64,000 bases of DNA, taken from an uncultured Roseburia sp. (GTDB lineage Bacteria; Bacillota; Clostridia; Lachnospirales; Lachnospiraceae). Shown here in pieces: positions 20,869 to 30,586 of this stretch. The notes under the pieces are model-generated. The model was not told the origin of the DNA and did not search any database. It saw only the letters and a program-made list of their open reading frames with translations. Each line of letters starts with the position of its first letter. The first letter of the stretch is position 1. The DNA lies in NCBI GenBank assembly GCA_934292805.1, contig CAKQXQ010000009.1:8804-72803 (forward strand), read 5' to 3'. A program made the translations under genes and the position numbers.

Positions 20869-21696
20869 CTACAACATTCCGGTGACCACACGGTCATTTC
20901 CGGAAAGATCTTTGACCACACGCACTTCCTTAAATCCTGCTTCGCACATCATATCGGAAACCGCTTTACCCTGATCGTATCCGATCTCAAACATCAGATG
21001 TCCGTTCTCCTTCAGATACTGTCTGCTCTCTGCCACGATCTTCCGGTAAAAAAACAGTCCGTCTTCTTTCCCATCTAATGCTTCGATCGGTTCAAACTCC
21101 TTCACTTCCGGCATCAGTTCCGGAATCACATCCGTTGGAATGTATGGCGGATTTGACACGATCACATCATATGTTCCTGAAATATTTTCAAACAGATCGC
21201 TCCGCTCAAACAAAACCGGCACCTCATGTATTTTTGCATTCTCTTTTGCAATATTGATCGCCTGCTTGGAGATATCTGCTGCGTACCCTTTCGCATCTGA
21301 TACATTATGCAGAATGCTGATTATAATACATCCGGAGCCTGTGCACATATCAAGTACATCCATTCCGGGTTTTACAACTTTTAATGCTTCTTCTACAAGT
21401 ACCTCTGTATCCTGTCTCGGGATCAGCACACTGGAGTTCACTTTAAAATTCAGTCCCATGAACTCCGTTTCTCCGGTTATATATTGTAACGGAATATGTT
21501 CTGCGCGCTTTTTGACTGAAAGCTCATATTCCTTTATCAGATCGTCTGTAACCTCTTCATTCATATGCATGTAATAAAAACTGCGGTCAATTTTAAAACA
21601 TGCCTCCATCAGTAACCAGGCATCAATCCTTGCGTCTACAATCCCCGCCTGCTTTAAATCACGCTCGCCGAGGGTAATGACTTCGCGATACGTCAT
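20869..21696 (-). CDS. prmC: Release factor glutamine N5-methyltransferase (PrmC/HemK)
   Basis: NPPY motif (VSNPPYIP), a SAM-binding DMCTGSG motif, and a position upstream of prfA. Confidence 0.9.
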   Translation of the reverse strand: MTYREVITLGERDLKQAGIVDARIDAWLLMEACFKIDRSFYYMHMNEEVTDDLIKEYELSVKKRAEHIPLQYITGETEFMGLNFKVNSSVLIPRQDTEVLVEEALKVVKPGMDVLDMCTGSGCIIISILHNVSDAKGYAADISKQAINIAKENAKIHEVPVLFERSDLFENISGTYDVIVSNPPYIPTDVIPELMPEVKEFEPIEALDGKEDGLFFYRKIVAESRQYLKENGHLMFEIGYDQGKAVSDMMCEAGFKEVRVVKDLSGNDRVVTGML

Positions 21697-21712
21697 CTTC
21701 TCTCACATCCTT

Positions 21713-22666
21713 TTAGTGCATTTCCCTGCGGATTTCTTCCACATAAGGTTTCCAGTCAAAAACTGCCTCAACGGAAGCGATCCCGACTTCTATCATCTCA
21801 TCATCCGGCTCGCTTGTTGTGATCCTCTGCAGCCACATGCCCGGCTTGCTTAAAAGATTTACGATCACATTATCACTGCGGCCTGCCAGCCTGATAAATT
21901 CATAAGAAACCCCTGCGATCACCGGTATTAATACCAGGCGGTATACAACACGCAGTAATGGTGAATCCACACGGATAAACATAAAAAACAAAACACTGAC
22001 TAACATTACGATCAGAAGAAAGCTTGTACCACAACGTTTATGGAATCTGGAACTCTTTCTGACATTCTCGACATTCAGATCCAATCCATGCTCAATACAA
22101 TTGATGCACTTATGTTCTGCACCATGGTACATATAGACTCTCTTTATATCCTTCATCAGTGAGATCAATGCAACATATCCTACAAAGATCACCAGTCTTA
22201 TCACACCTTCGAGCAATGCGACCACCCACTGGGAAACAATGATCTTCTGGAAAAAAGAAGAAATGTAATACGGAAGCATCATAAAAATCGCAACTGCCAG
22301 AACCACAGACAGTACAACGGTTCCACCCATCATGGCTTTCTCCTGCTTCTTTTCTTCGCTTTCTTTTTTCCGCTGCTGTTCTTCGGACATAGCTGCCTTC
22401 TCTTTCTTCTCTTCTTCCTCTTCCTCAAAAAAAGAAGCCGAATAAGTCAGCACCTGCATTCCAAGTGCCAGCGATTCTATAAAACTGAATACGCCCCGCA
22501 AAACAGGCATATTACGGATTTTCTTATTCTTAACGATTCCTTTATATTCTGAAACTTTTACTTCGATTTCATGGTCAGGTTTTCTCACGGCAACAGCGTA
22601 TTTTTCCTGATTCTTCATCATAACGCCTTCCATGACTGCCTGTCCGCCAATTCCTGAATACTTCAT
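21713..22666 (-). CDS. DUF1385 family membrane protein
   Basis: Conserved GAEHK…H region plus transmembrane helices. The position between rpmE and prmC is conserved in Firmicutes. Confidence 0.75.
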   Translation of the reverse strand: MKYSGIGGQAVMEGVMMKNQEKYAVAVRKPDHEIEVKVSEYKGIVKNKKIRNMPVLRGVFSFIESLALGMQVLTYSASFFEEEEEEKKEKAAMSEEQQRKKESEEKKQEKAMMGGTVVLSVVLAVAIFMMLPYYISSFFQKIIVSQWVVALLEGVIRLVIFVGYVALISLMKDIKRVYMYHGAEHKCINCIEHGLDLNVENVRKSSRFHKRCGTSFLLIVMLVSVLFFMFIRVDSPLLRVVYRLVLIPVIAGVSYEFIRLAGRSDNVIVNLLSKPGMWLQRITTSEPDDEMIEVGIASVEAVFDWKPYVEEIRREMH

Positions 22667-22704
22667 TCTGTTCTCCGATCCGCCATATATGGCGGAGTTT
22701 TAGA

Positions 22705-22740
22705 TTTTAAAAAAGGTTGAGATTTTGCAACCTCAACCTT
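22705..22740 (-). terminator. Intrinsic terminator downstream of rpmE
   Basis: In minus sense, AAGGUUGAG (22740-22732) pairs with CUCAACCUU (22721-22713). U-rich tail follows. Confidence 0.8.
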
Positions 22741-22792
22741 ATCTGCATAGTAACCATTCCGAAAACTCGCAGTTACTCTGTATCTACACTTT

Positions 22793-22996
22793 TTATTTGT
22801 TGATGCCGTATTTCTTGTTGAACTTATCGATACGTCCGTCAGCTCTGTTTGCTTTCTGCTGACCTGTGTAGAATGGATGGCATTTAGAACAGATCTCAAC
22901 GTGGATATCTCCCTTTGTAGATCCTGTAACAAATGTATTTCCACAGTTACATGTAACAGTTGCCTGATGATAATCTGGATGGATTCCTTCTCTCAT
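22793..22996 (-). CDS. rpmE: 50S ribosomal protein L31 (zinc-ribbon type)
   Basis: Sequence MREGIHPDY…CNCG…[10 protein letters not shown]. The start was trimmed to the ATG at 22996, behind GAGGTG. Confidence 0.95.
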   Translation of the reverse strand: MREGIHPDYHQATVTCNCGNTFVTGSTKGDIHVEICSKCHPFYTGQQKANRADGRIDKFNKKYGINK

Positions 22997-23162
22997 TATT
23001 TTCACCTCTTCTATTCTTATCGTTATTAAAGTTACGCTTGTTTTATATTCTTTATGCCCGTATGCCCGATCCGCATATGGCACTTATAGCAAGAATATAC
23101 ACGATTCTTCTACTGTCCAGAATCTGTATTACAGATTCATTATCCCGATAAACAGCTTTTAA

Positions 23163-23191
23163 AGTATAGCATACCACATATGGTAAATCAA
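23163..23191 (-). promoter_or_regulatory. Candidate sigma-A promoter for rpmE
   Basis: In minus sense: TTGATT (23191-23186), a 17-nt spacer, then TATACT (23168-23163). This implies a leader of roughly 160 nt. Confidence 0.5.
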
Positions 23192-23243
23192 GTTTTTTTT
23201 ATAATTTATCTACATTTTTTTGCAATACTTTTTTGCAGTTTCT

Positions 23244-24608
23244 CTATAAGATTCTGTTTTTCTTTACCATATTAATATACTCTGCATTATTTCTTGTACG
23301 TGCAAACATATTTAAGATATTCTCAACTGCTTCATCTGCACGCATTCCATTGTACGCTTTTCGCATGATCTCAACTGCCTCCATCTCATCCTTATCAAGC
23401 AGCAGATCTTCACGCCTTGTTCCTGATTTCACGATATCGATCGCCGGGAATACTCTCTTTTCGGAAAGCTTACGGTCGAGTACAAGCTCCATATTACCGG
23501 TTCCCTTGAACTCTTCGAATACAACATCATCCATCTTGCTTCCGGTATCAACCAGTGCTGTTGCAAGAATGGTAAGGCTTCCGCCCTCTCTCATATTTCT
23601 GGCTGCACCGAAGAAACGCTTCGGCATATGAAGAGCCGCCGGATCAAGACCACCGGATAATGTACGCCCACTTGGTGGAACAGTGAGGTTATAGGCCCTT
23701 GCAAGACGTGTAATGCTGTCAAGCAGGATCATGACATCCTTGTGATGTTCGACCAGACGCTTTGCACGTTCGATCACCATCTCTGACACTCTCTTGTGAT
23801 GTTCCGGAAGTTCATCGAATGTAGAATAAATCACTTCCACGTTATCCCCTTCAATTGCTTCCTTAATATCTGTCACTTCCTCCGGACGCTCATCGATCAG
23901 TAAAATGATCAGATGCATATCCGGATTCGACATCGTCACAGACTTTGCGATCTCCTTTAAGAGAGTGGTCTTACCTGCCTTCGGCTGGGAAACGATCATT
24001 CCACGCTGTCCCTTACCGATCGGCGATACAAGATCCACGATCCGCATTGCAACACTGCATCCCGGTCTCTCGAGACGGATCCTTCTATTCGGGAAAATCG
24101 GTGTCAGATCTTCGAATGCCTTTCTCTTCTGGATCACACTCGGATGATAGCCATTGATCGATGTAATATATAATAATGCAGAAAACTTCTCCTGCTGTGT
24201 CTTAATTCTTGTATTGCCACAGATAATGTCTCCTGTCTTCAGATTAAATCTGCGGATCTGGGATGGTGACACATAAACATCATTCTCTCCCGGCAGATAA
24301 TTGGCACTGCGGATAAATCCATATCCATCCGGCATAACCTCTAAAATTCCGTTCACGGTTACTCCACTGTCAAGATTCTTCATGGAATCATCGGCAGCTG
24401 CTTCATCCTTCTTTTCTTCAGCAGCCGGCTCTTCTTTCTTCTCTGTGGTTTCGTTCTGCACCTGCTGCTCTTTTTCATTCTTTGCATCTTCAGAAAGCAT
24501 CACTTCTATAAGTTCGCTTTTCTTTAATCCGGAAAGATGCTTTATGCCTCTTGCTTTTGCAAGATCACGCAAAACTGTTACTGATAAGCTTTCATATTTT
24601 TCTCTCAT
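23244..24608 (-). CDS. rho: Transcription termination factor Rho
   Basis: N-terminal Rho_N-like segment followed by an acidic/Lys insertion, a cold-shock-like RNA-binding region (GYGFIR), and P-loop PKAGKT. Confidence 0.95.
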   Translation of the reverse strand: MREKYESLSVTVLRDLAKARGIKHLSGLKKSELIEVMLSEDAKNEKEQQVQNETTEKKEEPAAEEKKDEAAADDSMKNLDSGVTVNGILEVMPDGYGFIRSANYLPGENDVYVSPSQIRRFNLKTGDIICGNTRIKTQQEKFSALLYITSINGYHPSVIQKRKAFEDLTPIFPNRRIRLERPGCSVAMRIVDLVSPIGKGQRGMIVSQPKAGKTTLLKEIAKSVTMSNPDMHLIILLIDERPEEVTDIKEAIEGDNVEVIYSTFDELPEHHKRVSEMVIERAKRLVEHHKDVMILLDSITRLARAYNLTVPPSGRTLSGGLDPAALHMPKRFFGAARNMREGGSLTILATALVDTGSKMDDVVFEEFKGTGNMELVLDRKLSEKRVFPAIDIVKSGTRREDLLLDKDEMEAVEIMRKAYNGMRADEAVENILNMFARTRNNAEYINMVKKNRIL

Positions 24609-24801
24609 TCAATTCTCCTTCTAACTATATCAATGGGAATGATGTCTGAAACGACAAATGAATCTTTGACTGATGCTATTATACAATATTTTTTCTGAAA
24701 TAGGAAGTCCTAATTTCCTTGATTAATAAAAAAGTAAATGTTATCATTGCTAATAGAGTTTCATTTATAAGTAAAAACTATCTAAAGGAGACCGATTTAT
24801 C

Positions 24802-25953
24802 ATGGATTTAAAAGAAAAAGCACTTGCCATGCACAAAGAGTGGAATGGTAAATTAGAAACTGTAGCAAAATCAAAAGTCAATTCCAGAGAAGATTTAGCC
24901 ATTGCCTATACTCCTGGTGTTGCTGAACCCTGCAAAGTAATCGCAGAGGATAAAGAGGCTGCTTATATTTATACACAGAAAGCCAACACGGTTGCCGTTA
25001 TTTCTGACGGAAGTGCCGTTCTCGGACTCGGAAATATCGGTCCATATGCTGCAATGCCGGTTATGGAAGGAAAATGTGTTCTTTTCAAAGAATTCGGTAA
25101 CGTAAACGCTGTTCCGATCTGTCTTGACACACAGGACACAGAAGAGATCATTGCAACGATCAAAAATATTGCCCCTGCTTTCGGTGGTATCAATCTGGAA
25201 GATATTTCTGCTCCACGCTGCTTCGAAATTGAAGAACGCCTGAAAAAAATGCTTGATATCCCTGTCTTTCATGATGACCAGCATGGCACTGCCATTGTTG
25301 TTCTCGCCGGTATCATCAACGGTCTGCGTGTGACTGGAAAGAAGAAAGAAGACTGTAAGGTTGTTGTAAACGGTGCAGGTTCCGCCGGCATTGCGATCAC
25401 AAAGCTTCTCCTTACTTACGGATTCAAACATGTCACCATGTGTGACCGGGAAGGTATCATCGGAAAAGACTATCCAAACTTAAACTGGATGCAAAAGAAG
25501 ATGACGGAAGTAACGAATCTTGACAATGCCTCCGGAACACTTGCTGATGCATTAAAAGGTGCGGATATTTTCGTTGGTGTATCTGCCCCGAATATCGTAA
25601 CACCGGAAATGGTTTCTTCCATGAATAAAGATTCCATTCTTTTTGCAATGGCCAACCCTGTTCCTGAGATCATGCCGGATGTTGCAAGAGCTGCCGGTGC
25701 AAGAGTCGTCGGAACCGGAAGAAGCGACTTCCCGAACCAGGTCAACAATGTGATCGCGTTCCCTGGTATCTTCAAAGGTGCTCTTGAAGGACGTGCCACA
25801 CAGATCACAGAAGAGATGAAGCTTGCTGCTGCAGAGGCTCTTGCACATCTTGTTTCAGATGAAGAGTTAAATGATGAATTCATTATGCCGGAAGCTTTTG
25901 ATCCACGTGTTGCTGAAGTTGTAAGTGAAGCTGTAAAATCACACATCCGATAA
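24802..25953 (+). CDS. NAD(P)-dependent malic enzyme (short form, no PTA domain)
   Basis: Malic-enzyme N-terminal and NAD-binding domains (NGAGSAG), about 383 aa, with an AAAGGAGA SD. Confidence 0.9.
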   Translation: MDLKEKALAMHKEWNGKLETVAKSKVNSREDLAIAYTPGVAEPCKVIAEDKEAAYIYTQKANTVAVISDGSAVLGLGNIGPYAAMPVMEGKCVLFKEFGNVNAVPICLDTQDTEEIIATIKNIAPAFGGINLEDISAPRCFEIEERLKKMLDIPVFHDDQHGTAIVVLAGIINGLRVTGKKKEDCKVVVNGAGSAGIAITKLLLTYGFKHVTMCDREGIIGKDYPNLNWMQKKMTEVTNLDNASGTLADALKGADIFVGVSAPNIVTPEMVSSMNKDSILFAMANPVPEIMPDVARAAGARVVGTGRSDFPNQVNNVIAFPGIFKGALEGRATQITEEMKLAAAEALAHLVSDEELNDEFIMPEAFDPRVAEVVSEAVKSHIR

Positions 25954-25954
25954 T

Positions 25955-26866
25955 ATGAATCCTTATTATTCTCTCAATGATTATTTAAAGCAGACATTCG
26001 GTGAGAAGGTATACCGCCTTTCCTTAAATGGCGGTATGACCTGTCCCAACCGTGACGGGACTTTGGATTCGCGTGGGTGTATTTTCTGCAGTGCAGGTGG
26101 AAGCGGCGATTTTGCTGCCTCCCCTTCGCTCTCTGTGACTGATCAGATTGAACAGGCCAAAGAACGGATCCAGAAGAAAAGCAGCTGCAAAAAATTTATC
26201 GCCTATTTTCAGGCATACACAAACACCTATGCCCCTGTTCCCTATCTCAGGGAACTTTTTACCGAAGCGATAAACCACCCTGATATTGTTGCACTCTCTG
26301 TCGGAACCCGGTGTGACTGCCTTGATGACGATGTACTGGAATTACTATGTGAGCTTAATCAGATCAAACCAGTCTGGATAGAACTTGGTCTGCAATCGGT
26401 TCACAATGAAACGCTCAAACGGATCCGCAGTGGTTTTACTTATGAGCAATATCTTCACGCAGTAACCTCGTTAAAGGAGAGACATATTACTGTCATTACA
26501 CATTTAATCCTGGGACTGCCCGGTGAAACAAAAGAAATGATGCTCGCATCTATTGATGCCGTTGCCTCACTTCCATGTGATGGGATCAAGCTGCAGCTTT
26601 TGCATGTGTTGAAGAATACCGACCTGGCTTCGCTTTATGAGTCAGATCCATTTCCTGTTTTTTCACTGGAAGATTACTGTGATTTCATCGTAACCTGCGT
26701 GGAACATCTTCCACCAAAGATGGTAGTCCACCGTCTTACCGGAGATGGACCCCGTTCCCTTCTGATCGCACCCTTATGGAGTACGGATAAGAAACGTGTC
26801 TTAAACACGATTCAGAAGCGTTTTCGTGAGCGTGACACCTGGCAGGGAAAATTATATAACTTATAA
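25955..26866 (+). CDS. TIGR01212-type radical SAM protein
   Basis: N-terminal CPNRDGTLDSRGCIFC cluster and the family's typical length. The ATG lies 1 nt after the malic enzyme stop. Confidence 0.8.
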   Translation: MNPYYSLNDYLKQTFGEKVYRLSLNGGMTCPNRDGTLDSRGCIFCSAGGSGDFAASPSLSVTDQIEQAKERIQKKSSCKKFIAYFQAYTNTYAPVPYLRELFTEAINHPDIVALSVGTRCDCLDDDVLELLCELNQIKPVWIELGLQSVHNETLKRIRSGFTYEQYLHAVTSLKERHITVITHLILGLPGETKEMMLASIDAVASLPCDGIKLQLLHVLKNTDLASLYESDPFPVFSLEDYCDFIVTCVEHLPPKMVVHRLTGDGPRSLLIAPLWSTDKKRVLNTIQKRFRERDTWQGKLYNL

Positions 26867-26898
26867 CTGAATCATTCGCAGAAAGAGGTGTATAAAAC

Positions 26899-27414
26899 AT
26901 GGCTGAACCATTTACCATATATAAACTGACTATTTTAAATATGTTGGATAAAGTCGATTTTCCATTGACAAATACACAGATTTCAAACTTTTTTCTGGAG
27001 CAGGATTATACGGATTACTTCCGTGTGCAGCAGGTCATCAGTGATCTTACAGATGCCAATCTGATCCGCTCTGAATCCACACACAATAACACGCAGTATG
27101 TGATCTCTGATGCCGGAAAAGAAACTTTAGAATTTTTCAAAGATAAAATCTCTGATGCCATCGAACGTGATACGATCGCCTTTCTTGAGAAGAATAAGCT
27201 GGAGCTTCGGAATGACAATTCCATTCTTGCAGACTATTACAAAACTCCGAATCTCGATTATGCTGTCCGCTGCCAGTACAGGGAACACAACATAAATCTG
27301 ATCGACCTGACGTTAAGTGTCAAAACAAAGGCACAGGCAGAAGCGATCTGTAATAACTGGAAGAAACAAAATGAAGACGTATACGCATATCTGATGGATA
27401 TGCTCTTAAAATAA
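26899..27414 (+). CDS. DUF4364-like protein
   Basis: 171 aa with an AGAGGTG SD. The family call is from memory of conserved clostridial proteins. Confidence 0.55.
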   Translation: MAEPFTIYKLTILNMLDKVDFPLTNTQISNFFLEQDYTDYFRVQQVISDLTDANLIRSESTHNNTQYVISDAGKETLEFFKDKISDAIERDTIAFLEKNKLELRNDNSILADYYKTPNLDYAVRCQYREHNINLIDLTLSVKTKAQAEAICNNWKKQNEDVYAYLMDMLLK

Positions 27415-27429
27415 AAGGAATGAACTGAT

Positions 27430-28044
27430 ATGGCAAAACAAAACTGGAAACCTGGAAATATGCTCTATCCGCTCCCTGCTGTCATGGTGAGCTGCCAGAG
27501 TCTTACCGGATGCGATCCTCTTTGCGAGAACCCGGCATTAGAAGGCCGGCCGAATATTATTACTGTTGCATGGGCAGGAACTGTCTGCACAAATCCGCCG
27601 ATGGTTTCAATCTCTGTCCGCCCGGAACGCTACTCCTATCATCTGATCGAAGAATCCGGTGAATTTGTGATCAATCTGACAACCGAAGCCCTCGTAAAAG
27701 CTACCGATTACTGTGGTGTACGCTCCGGACGCGATGTTGACAAATTTAAAGAAATGCATTTAACCCCGCTTGTTTCAAAGCACATCCATGCACCGGGAAT
27801 CGCCGAAAGTCCGGTAAATATTGAATGCAGGGTCCGCGAGATCAAACCTCTTGGCAGTCACTCCATGATCCTTGCAGATGTTTTGGGTGTTACGATCGAC
27901 GATACCCTGCTTGATGAAAAAGGCAAATTTGAATTAAATAAAAGCGGGCTTGTCACCTATTCGCATGGTGAATATTTTCTGCTCGGAAAAAAATTAGGAA
28001 CATTCGGATACAGCGTAAAAAAAGAGAAAAAGCGGAGTCGATAG
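27430..28044 (+). CDS. Flavin reductase-like (FMN-binding split-barrel) protein
   Basis: Pattern LYPLPAVMVS…IITVAWAGTVCTNPPMVSISVRP, typical of the flavin reductase-like domain. Confidence 0.8.
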   Translation: MAKQNWKPGNMLYPLPAVMVSCQSLTGCDPLCENPALEGRPNIITVAWAGTVCTNPPMVSISVRPERYSYHLIEESGEFVINLTTEALVKATDYCGVRSGRDVDKFKEMHLTPLVSKHIHAPGIAESPVNIECRVREIKPLGSHSMILADVLGVTIDDTLLDEKGKFELNKSGLVTYSHGEYFLLGKKLGTFGYSVKKEKKRSR

Positions 28045-28075
28045 ACTTTTGCTTTTTCTCTTTTTCTCTTTTTTT

Positions 28076-28942
28076 CTAAAATACAATTCCAAACATCTCG
28101 ATCACAACACCCCAGAACACGCCAAATCCATAAAGTGCTGCCACGATCCCCGCATTCTGCTTCCAATTGCGGTTCAATTTATACAATACCAAAAGTCCGA
28201 CTCCGGCATTGACAAGCAGACCTGACATCATAGCTCCGGCTCCTATCACCCCGCTTAAATAAAGCTCTGTGATCACAACAGAAGACGCACAGTTTGGAAT
28301 CAGACCAACAAGTGCTGCGATCATCTCTCCTGCCACCGGAATATTTTGAAATACAACTGCAAGCTTGTCTTCGCCGATCACTTCAATGATAAGTGTAAGA
28401 ATAAATGTAATGATCAGAATATAGAAAAAAATCTTTAACGTATGCCTGATCGCAGATTTTAAAACACCATCCTCACAGCTGCAATGTTCTTCTTCACATA
28501 CTACATGGATATCCATGTCTTTTTCTTTCTTCTTGAACAGGTTTACATACACAAATTCTGCAATAAATCCGGAAAGGATTGCGATCACTGCCTTTGTCGC
28601 CAGGATTTTGATCACTGTTGATGCCGGAACTGCAGCAGAAATAAAGATTGGAAGCATTTCATCCGATGTGGACAAAAAAACAGCCAGCAGTGTTCCTACT
28701 GTGATCACTCTTCCCGCATACAGGCTGGATGCTGCAGCTGAAATTCCGCACTGTGGAAGGATTCCAAGCAGTCCGCCCCATAAAGGACCTACTTTTCCTG
28801 CATTTTTGATCCTGCTTTGAACTTTTCCGCCTGTTGTGTGTTCCAGGGCTTCCATCAATAAATATGTTAAAAACAAAAACGGAAGTAATTTTATATTATC
28901 TTCAATTGTGTGTATAAAAGTGTGTTCTAATATATGCATCAT
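28076..28942 (-). CDS. Polytopic membrane protein, putative heavy-metal exporter-like (ArsP_2-like)
   Basis: About 10 predicted transmembrane segments with a Cys/His-containing central loop (HVVCEEEHCSCEDG). The family name is from memory. Confidence 0.5.
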   Translation of the reverse strand: MMHILEHTFIHTIEDNIKLLPFLFLTYLLMEALEHTTGGKVQSRIKNAGKVGPLWGGLLGILPQCGISAAASSLYAGRVITVGTLLAVFLSTSDEMLPIFISAAVPASTVIKILATKAVIAILSGFIAEFVYVNLFKKKEKDMDIHVVCEEEHCSCEDGVLKSAIRHTLKIFFYILIITFILTLIIEVIGEDKLAVVFQNIPVAGEMIAALVGLIPNCASSVVITELYLSGVIGAGAMMSGLLVNAGVGLLVLYKLNRNWKQNAGIVAALYGFGVFWGVVIEMFGIVF

Positions 28943-28974
28943 AATCTCGGTCCTCTTCTATTTACAAGTTACGC

Positions 28975-29006
28975 GCATTTGCAATCTGTATGCATTTGCA
29001 AATTGT
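28975..29006. promoter_or_regulatory. Two tandem GCATTTGCAA operator-like motifs in the transporter leader
   Basis: GCATTTGCAATCTGT (28975-28989) and GCATTTGCAAATTGT (28992-29006). The second contains the perfect 10-bp palindrome ATTTGCAAAT. Confidence 0.4.
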
Positions 29007-29026
29007 TTGCGTTTTGTCACTCGATT

Positions 29027-29054
29027 ATTATACACATTCTCACACAGATGTCAA
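29027..29054 (-). promoter_or_regulatory. Near-consensus sigma-A promoter for the ArsP_2-like gene
   Basis: In minus sense: TTGACA (29054-29049), a 16-nt spacer, then TATAAT (29032-29027). Confidence 0.6.
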
Positions 29055-29104
29055 GTAAAAATATTTATAATATATTTCGCAAAATATTTATAACCAGCCT
29101 GGCT

Positions 29105-29458
29105 TTATGACATACTTCGTTTTTCTCTTCCAAGCTCCAACAAAAGCATAAGCACTGTCCAGCTGCGATTGGTCGGTGTCAGAATCGCTTTGTAATCTAC
29201 CGAAAGCTTTATCTGACGGAATTGGAATAACAGCCTGTCCATATGCTTTTCACTTACATCACAGAAGACGAGAAGGCTTTCCTCTGGTGCATTGCCCTCG
29301 AACGGTGCCATAAGAACAGATTTCTTTCCTTCTGCAAGATCACCGATGCTCTGTTTTAAATCTGCAGGGAGAATCTCTTCTACACGGATTTTCATTGCTT
29401 CTGCTGCTTTCTTCACCTTCCAGTCATCTTTTACATGATAAATTAAAATTTTCTCCAT
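29105..29458 (-). CDS. Small conserved hypothetical protein (DUF3783-like)
   Basis: 117 aa with an AAGGAAGAG SD. The family call is tentative. Confidence 0.5.
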   Translation of the reverse strand: MEKILIYHVKDDWKVKKAAEAMKIRVEEILPADLKQSIGDLAEGKKSVLMAPFEGNAPEESLLVFCDVSEKHMDRLLFQFRQIKLSVDYKAILTPTNRSWTVLMLLLELGREKRSMS

Positions 29459-29478
29459 TTTTCTCTTCCTTATAAATT

Positions 29479-29528
29479 CAGGGACAAAAGATCCGGTCCA
29501 TTCCGAATGTCTTCTGTCCCTGTTTTTT
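29479..29528. terminator. Hairpin between ldh and the next gene; terminator-like
   Basis: A 12-bp stem pairs 29479-29490 with 29511-29522. The single non-Watson-Crick pair is G-U in minus sense. T6 follows on the plus strand, but only AAUUUAU follows in minus sense. Confidence 0.45.
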
Positions 29529-29551
29529 GATTTAATTATGCTTTATCATCT

Positions 29552-30508
29552 TTAAAGTACTTCATCAAGAATCTTTTTCAGTGTTTTTGCTGATTCCTGC
29601 AGTTTTTGTGTTTCTTCCTCATCCAGGGAAATCGGAATCTGCGTCTCAACACCATTGGCACCGACAATAGCCGGCATACTTAATGCCACATCAGAAATCC
29701 CGAATTCTCCATGCATCACATTCGTAACCGGAAGAACGGATTTTTCATCACGGATGATCGCCTCGCAGATCCTTCTTACTGCCATTGCAACACCAAAGTA
29801 TGTTGCTTTTTTCTTCGCAATAATCTCATATGCACTGTTTTTTACATTCTCTGCGATACGCTCTGTCGCCTCATCATGATTGAAATGTCCACGCATCTCA
29901 CAGAAATTATTAAGCGGTACACCGGAAACTGTTGCACTGCTCCATGCAGCAAGCTCGCTGTCTCCATGTTCTCCGATAATAAACGCATGAACGCCTCTGC
30001 TGTCCACATTCAGATGTTCCCCAAGATTGTATTTTAATCTTGCTGTATCGAGTACAGTTCCGGAACCAAGTACACGGTTCTCAGGAAATCCGGAAAGCTT
30101 TAATGCTGTGTATGTGAGGATATCTACAGGGTTCGATACGATCAGTAAAATCCCTCCGCAGTTTCTTTTTGCGATCTCCGGTATAATCGATTTAAAGATA
30201 CCGACATTTTTAGATACAAGATCAAGCCTTGTTTCATCCGGCTTTTGATTTGCTCCGGCTGTCACGATAATAATTGCTGCATCTGTAATATCATCATAGT
30301 CTCCGGCATATATTTTCATCGGTCTTACGAATGGCAGCCCGTGACTGATATCCAGTGCTTCTCCCTCTGCACGGTTTTTATCTGCATCGATGAGTACCAT
30401 CTCGGAAAACAGTCCGCTCTCCATTAATGCAAAGGCTGTTGCTGAACCAACAAAACCACAACCGATCATCGCCACTTTTCTCTGATTTACCATTATTTCA
30501 CTCATCAT
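29552..30508 (-). CDS. ldh: L-lactate dehydrogenase
   Basis: NAD-binding GCGFVGSA and the catalytic IGEHGDS region. Two adjacent ATGs (30508 and 30505) make the start ambiguous. Confidence 0.93.
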   Translation of the reverse strand: MMSEIMVNQRKVAMIGCGFVGSATAFALMESGLFSEMVLIDADKNRAEGEALDISHGLPFVRPMKIYAGDYDDITDAAIIIVTAGANQKPDETRLDLVSKNVGIFKSIIPEIAKRNCGGILLIVSNPVDILTYTALKLSGFPENRVLGSGTVLDTARLKYNLGEHLNVDSRGVHAFIIGEHGDSELAAWSSATVSGVPLNNFCEMRGHFNHDEATERIAENVKNSAYEIIAKKKATYFGVAMAVRRICEAIIRDEKSVLPVTNVMHGEFGISDVALSMPAIVGANGVETQIPISLDEEETQKLQESAKTLKKILDEVL

Positions 30509-30586
30509 TCATTTCCTCTCTTTCTCTTGCTGTCATTAGCCTCCCCAATACAAAAAGTTTCCATACAACAGATTTCCTCTGATTTG

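Noticed and set aside
20772-20921. N-terminal extensions in the ORF track: prfA to 20921, addB to 12343, rpmE to 23083, GH2 from 13463, deoD to 56247, the AAA+ gene to 51029
   Set aside because: In each case an internal ATG follows a good SD, and the conserved family N-terminus begins there. The extensions overlap upstream genes or spacers.
22663-22944. 93-aa minus-strand ORF overlapping rpmE and its terminator
   Set aside because: It is out of frame with the clearly recognisable L31 gene, runs through the terminator hairpin, and has no SD.
30509-30586. Rex operator (TGTGAA-N6-TTCACA-like) upstream of ldh
   Set aside because: No such inverted repeat is present. The only feature is a TTGTAT direct repeat of doubtful meaning.
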